Source: an uncultured Muribaculaceae bacterium (GTDB lineage Bacteria; Bacillota_I; Bacilli_A; RF39; UBA660). Taken from it: 35,089 bases of DNA. Shown here in pieces: positions 33,145-35,089 of the stretch. The position numbers and the translations under genes were made by a program. The DNA lies in contig CAZKKM010000002.1 in the NCBI GenBank assembly GCA_964553435.1, positions 1-35,089 of the forward strand. Reading direction: 5' to 3'. The notes beneath the pieces are model-generated. The model searched no databases. It was not told the DNA's origin and saw only the letters and a program-made list of their open reading frames with translations. Numbering within the stretch: the stretch's first letter is position 1; every line of letters starts with the position of its first letter.

Positions 33145-34641
33145 ATGAAGACATTCAAAAGTCTATTACTTGTAGCAGCCACATCGGCATGCTTTGTTGC
33201 GGGAGTCGATGCCGCCTCACTGAAGGTTGGCGATGCTCAGGCCATGGCCGGTACCGAAAAAAATGCGATCAAAATAACGATTTCAGACGATGATCTCGTT
33301 TCTTATAATAAAGTGGAGTTTCAATTGAGCATATCGAACACTTTCTATGCTCAGATCGAAAATGTCCAACCGGCTTCTGGTACTGGTCTCGCATATACTC
33401 CGACGACTCTGAACGACATCACCACCTATGCTTTCGATGCTGGAGAAGCCACACTCAACGAAGGAGAACTCGGAACGATCACATTCAAGACGAGTGTATC
33501 GATGGATAACAACGTACAGATTACACCTGTCAATGTCAAGTTTTATAAAAAAGAGGATGGTTCTTTCGCTTCTCCCGGCGACTCTGGAGTCAAAGCTATA
33601 GCGGGAACGATCAAATACGAGCGCCCCAAATCCTCAGAAGCTGCACTGACTGGTCTCGTACCGAGTGCCGGAACATTGAGCCCAGCTTTCGATAGTACGA
33701 TCACCGAATATAAAATACAAATCAAAGATACGTTGAACACTTTGCGTTTCACAGCCACACCGTGCACTGGAGCTCAAGTTTCGGGCGATACAGTCTTGAG
33801 AGATATCAAAATGGGGGAGACGACTGCAGAAATTACAGTCACTGCCGAAGATGGAGAGACGACTAACAAATATAAAATAACTGTCGTTCGCGGAGAAATA
33901 GCCGAACCGAGTGCCTATCTCAAGGACCTTTTAATAAACAACGTCGGCATGACTCTAAGTCCTACATTCGATTCCAAGAACAACAAATACACAGTTCAAG
34001 TGGGCAAAGACATAGATAAACTCGACTTCAAATACGAGCTCGAAGATCCCATGGCCAATGTCGAAATCGCCGGCAACGAAGCATTCGCAATAGGAAAGAA
34101 CATTGTCACGATTACAGTTACGAGTTCCGATGAAAAAGAAACTCAAGTATACGAAGTAGCCGTCATCAAAGAAGATAAAGACGACTCTGCCGCACCGACC
34201 ACACCAGAAAATCCGAGCGACGATAAAGACAAGAAAAATAACGTTTGGTTGATCGTCATCATAGTCGCAGTTATATTGGCCATCGTCACGGGAGTGACAA
34301 TCGTACTTTTCAAAAAGAAAAAGAAAAAATCATCTAAAAAAGACGACGAAACCAAATTGCCGTTAAAGAGGAGAGCTGGTTCTGAGAAGACCGTCGAAAT
34401 CGACACAGTTGCCGAAAGACCACGTCATGCGGCCATAGAGGAAACACCGGAAGAAAAATCACCTGCCGGAAAAGATTATGACGACGATGAAAGTATCACA
34501 GAAATACTCAAATCGGAACTCTACGAAGATGACAAAACTCAACGGTTCGATCGCGATGAATTCGAAGATTTGAAGCATAAAATCTACGATGAAGAAGAAC
34601 TCGATCAAACTAAAGAATTCAATTTCAAAGATTTCGAATAA
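33145..34641 (+). CDS. Type I membrane surface protein: signal peptide, cohesin-like N-domain (tentative), two cadherin-like beta-sandwich repeats, TM helix, poly-Lys stop-transfer, acidic cytoplasmic tail
   Basis: Signal 'LLLVAATSACFVAGVDA'. Repeats 'LTGLVPSAGTLSPAFDSTITEYKIQI...TNKYKITVVR' and 'LKDLLINNVGMTLSPTFDSKNNKYTVQV...TQVYEVAVIK'. TM 'VWLIVIIVAVILAIVTGVTIVLF' followed by KKKKKK. Confidence 0.6.
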   Translation: MKTFKSLLLVAATSACFVAGVDAASLKVGDAQAMAGTEKNAIKITISDDDLVSYNKVEFQLSISNTFYAQIENVQPASGTGLAYTPTTLNDITTYAFDAGEATLNEGELGTITFKTSVSMDNNVQITPVNVKFYKKEDGSFASPGDSGVKAIAGTIKYERPKSSEAALTGLVPSAGTLSPAFDSTITEYKIQIKDTLNTLRFTATPCTGAQVSGDTVLRDIKMGETTAEITVTAEDGETTNKYKITVVRGEIAEPSAYLKDLLINNVGMTLSPTFDSKNNKYTVQVGKDIDKLDFKYELEDPMANVEIAGNEAFAIGKNIVTITVTSSDEKETQVYEVAVIKEDKDDSAAPTTPENPSDDKDKKNNVWLIVIIVAVILAIVTGVTIVLFKKKKKKSSKKDDETKLPLKRRAGSEKTVEIDTVAERPRHAAIEETPEEKSPAGKDYDDDESITEILKSELYEDDKTQRFDRDEFEDLKHKIYDEEELDQTKEFNFKDFE

Positions 34642-34645
34642 TACT

Positions 34646-34673
34646 GAAACTTTCTATCACAGAAAGTTTTTTC
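34646..34673 (+). terminator. Rho-independent terminator after the surface-protein gene
   Basis: Stem of 9-10 bp, GAAACTTTCT / AGAAAGTTTT, with a 5-nt loop, followed by a T-run. Confidence 0.75.
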
Positions 34674-34694
34674 TTGTTCGATTTCTATGAACAA

Positions 34695-34725
34695 TAAAAC
34701 TTCGCCTATAAAGGACGAAGTATTT
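34695..34725 (-). terminator. Candidate terminator of the XRE-family gene (minus strand)
   Basis: 6-bp stem ACTTCG / CGAAGT (34699-34704 / 34716-34721) with an 11-nt loop and an A/T-rich flank that gives a U-run on the minus-strand RNA. Confidence 0.4.
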
Positions 34726-34734
34726 TATTATGTG

Positions 34735-35031
34735 CTATTCTTCGATGCCCATTTCCTCGAGTTCCTTGCTGATATCCTCTTTGACGAACAATTCTATCGG
34801 TATATCGAGTCTCAAAGACAGATAATAAAGTACACCCAAAGAGAAAGTTTGATTGACCTTTTCGGACTCGATATTTGCGATGAATCCTCTCGAAAATGTG
34901 GAATCTGTGCTCAATTGCTCTTGAGTAATATGTCTGTATTTTCTAAAAAGTTTGAGTCTCTTAGAAGCTAGTTTATATATATAACTGATATCGTTCTTAT
35001 CCATGAGATTAGCCCGCTTTCTATCATTCAT
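34735..35031 (-). CDS. XRE-family helix-turn-helix transcriptional regulator
   Basis: 'RLKLFRKYRHITQEQLSTDSTFSRGFIANIESEKVNQTFSLGVLYYLSLRLDIPIELF' is a Cro/C1-type HTH. Start is ATG 35031 or ATG 35004; neither has a clear SD. Confidence 0.7.
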   Translation of the reverse strand: MNDRKRANLMDKNDISYIYKLASKRLKLFRKYRHITQEQLSTDSTFSRGFIANIESEKVNQTFSLGVLYYLSLRLDIPIELFVKEDISKELEEMGIEE

Positions 35032-35089
35032 TTTAACAGTAAAGCCTCGCGAAATATGTCAGTATATAGTTGCATTTTTGGAAATTGTA

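Noticed and set aside
34311-34328. A-rich tract (AAAAAGAAAAAGAAAAAA) in the surface-protein gene as a slipped-strand phase-variation site
   Set aside because: The tract is interrupted by G residues, with a longest pure run of 6 A. It simply encodes the poly-Lys stop-transfer sequence after the TM helix.
34687-34971. 94-aa plus-strand ORF overlapping the XRE regulator gene
   Set aside because: The minus-strand frame encodes a clear Cro/C1-type HTH. The plus-strand product has no motif and begins within the terminator region, so it is a shadow ORF.
1-35089. Looked for CRISPR arrays, tRNA/rRNA genes, IS elements, integrases, prophage or toxin-antitoxin modules
   Set aside because: I saw no regularly spaced repeats, no tRNA-like T-arm or acceptor patterns in the intergenic gaps, and no transposase, integrase or phage-like ORFs. 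The window reads as core chromosome apart from the paralog triplet.

Overview
This 35-kb window is a low-GC Bacillota (Firmicutes) chromosomal segment. The organism is probably a spore-former, given a SirA-like gene, spoIIP, a yqxA-like gene and a DUF421/YetF-like gene. Most of the window is densely packed conserved housekeeping genes. On the minus strand these are add, deoD, gatD, murT and rpsT. On the plus strand they are yneF, recA, yebC, rny, Bacillus-type dnaB and dnaI, miaB, radC, mreC, mreD, a short alaS-like gene, spoIIP, lepA and hemW. I saw no rRNA, tRNA, CRISPR array, transposase or integrase. The least ordinary content is a promoter-led tandem triplet of mutually paralogous 333-363 aa ORFs between recA and yebC (7986-11140). 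I cannot place them in a named family, but by eye they follow a sigma-70 layout: a region 1.2/2.1-like N-terminus, a region-4-like HTH and a second HTH-like C-terminal module. Other points worth a second look: (1) a GatD homologue lacking both the Cys and His of the glutaminase site, next to an apparently intact MurT; (2) a 584-aa AlaRS with catalytic and editing cores but no C-Ala domain; (3) an orphan, Cys-rich type IV pilin gene bracketed by terminators; (4) a perfect palindrome over the recA -35 box with no canonical Cheo box; (5) a SirA-like/yneF gene pair. All functional calls come from motif recognition by eye and recalled reference sequences, not from database searches. Start codons were chosen from Shine-Dalgarno spacing and homologue N-termini. 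CDS ends include the stop codon.
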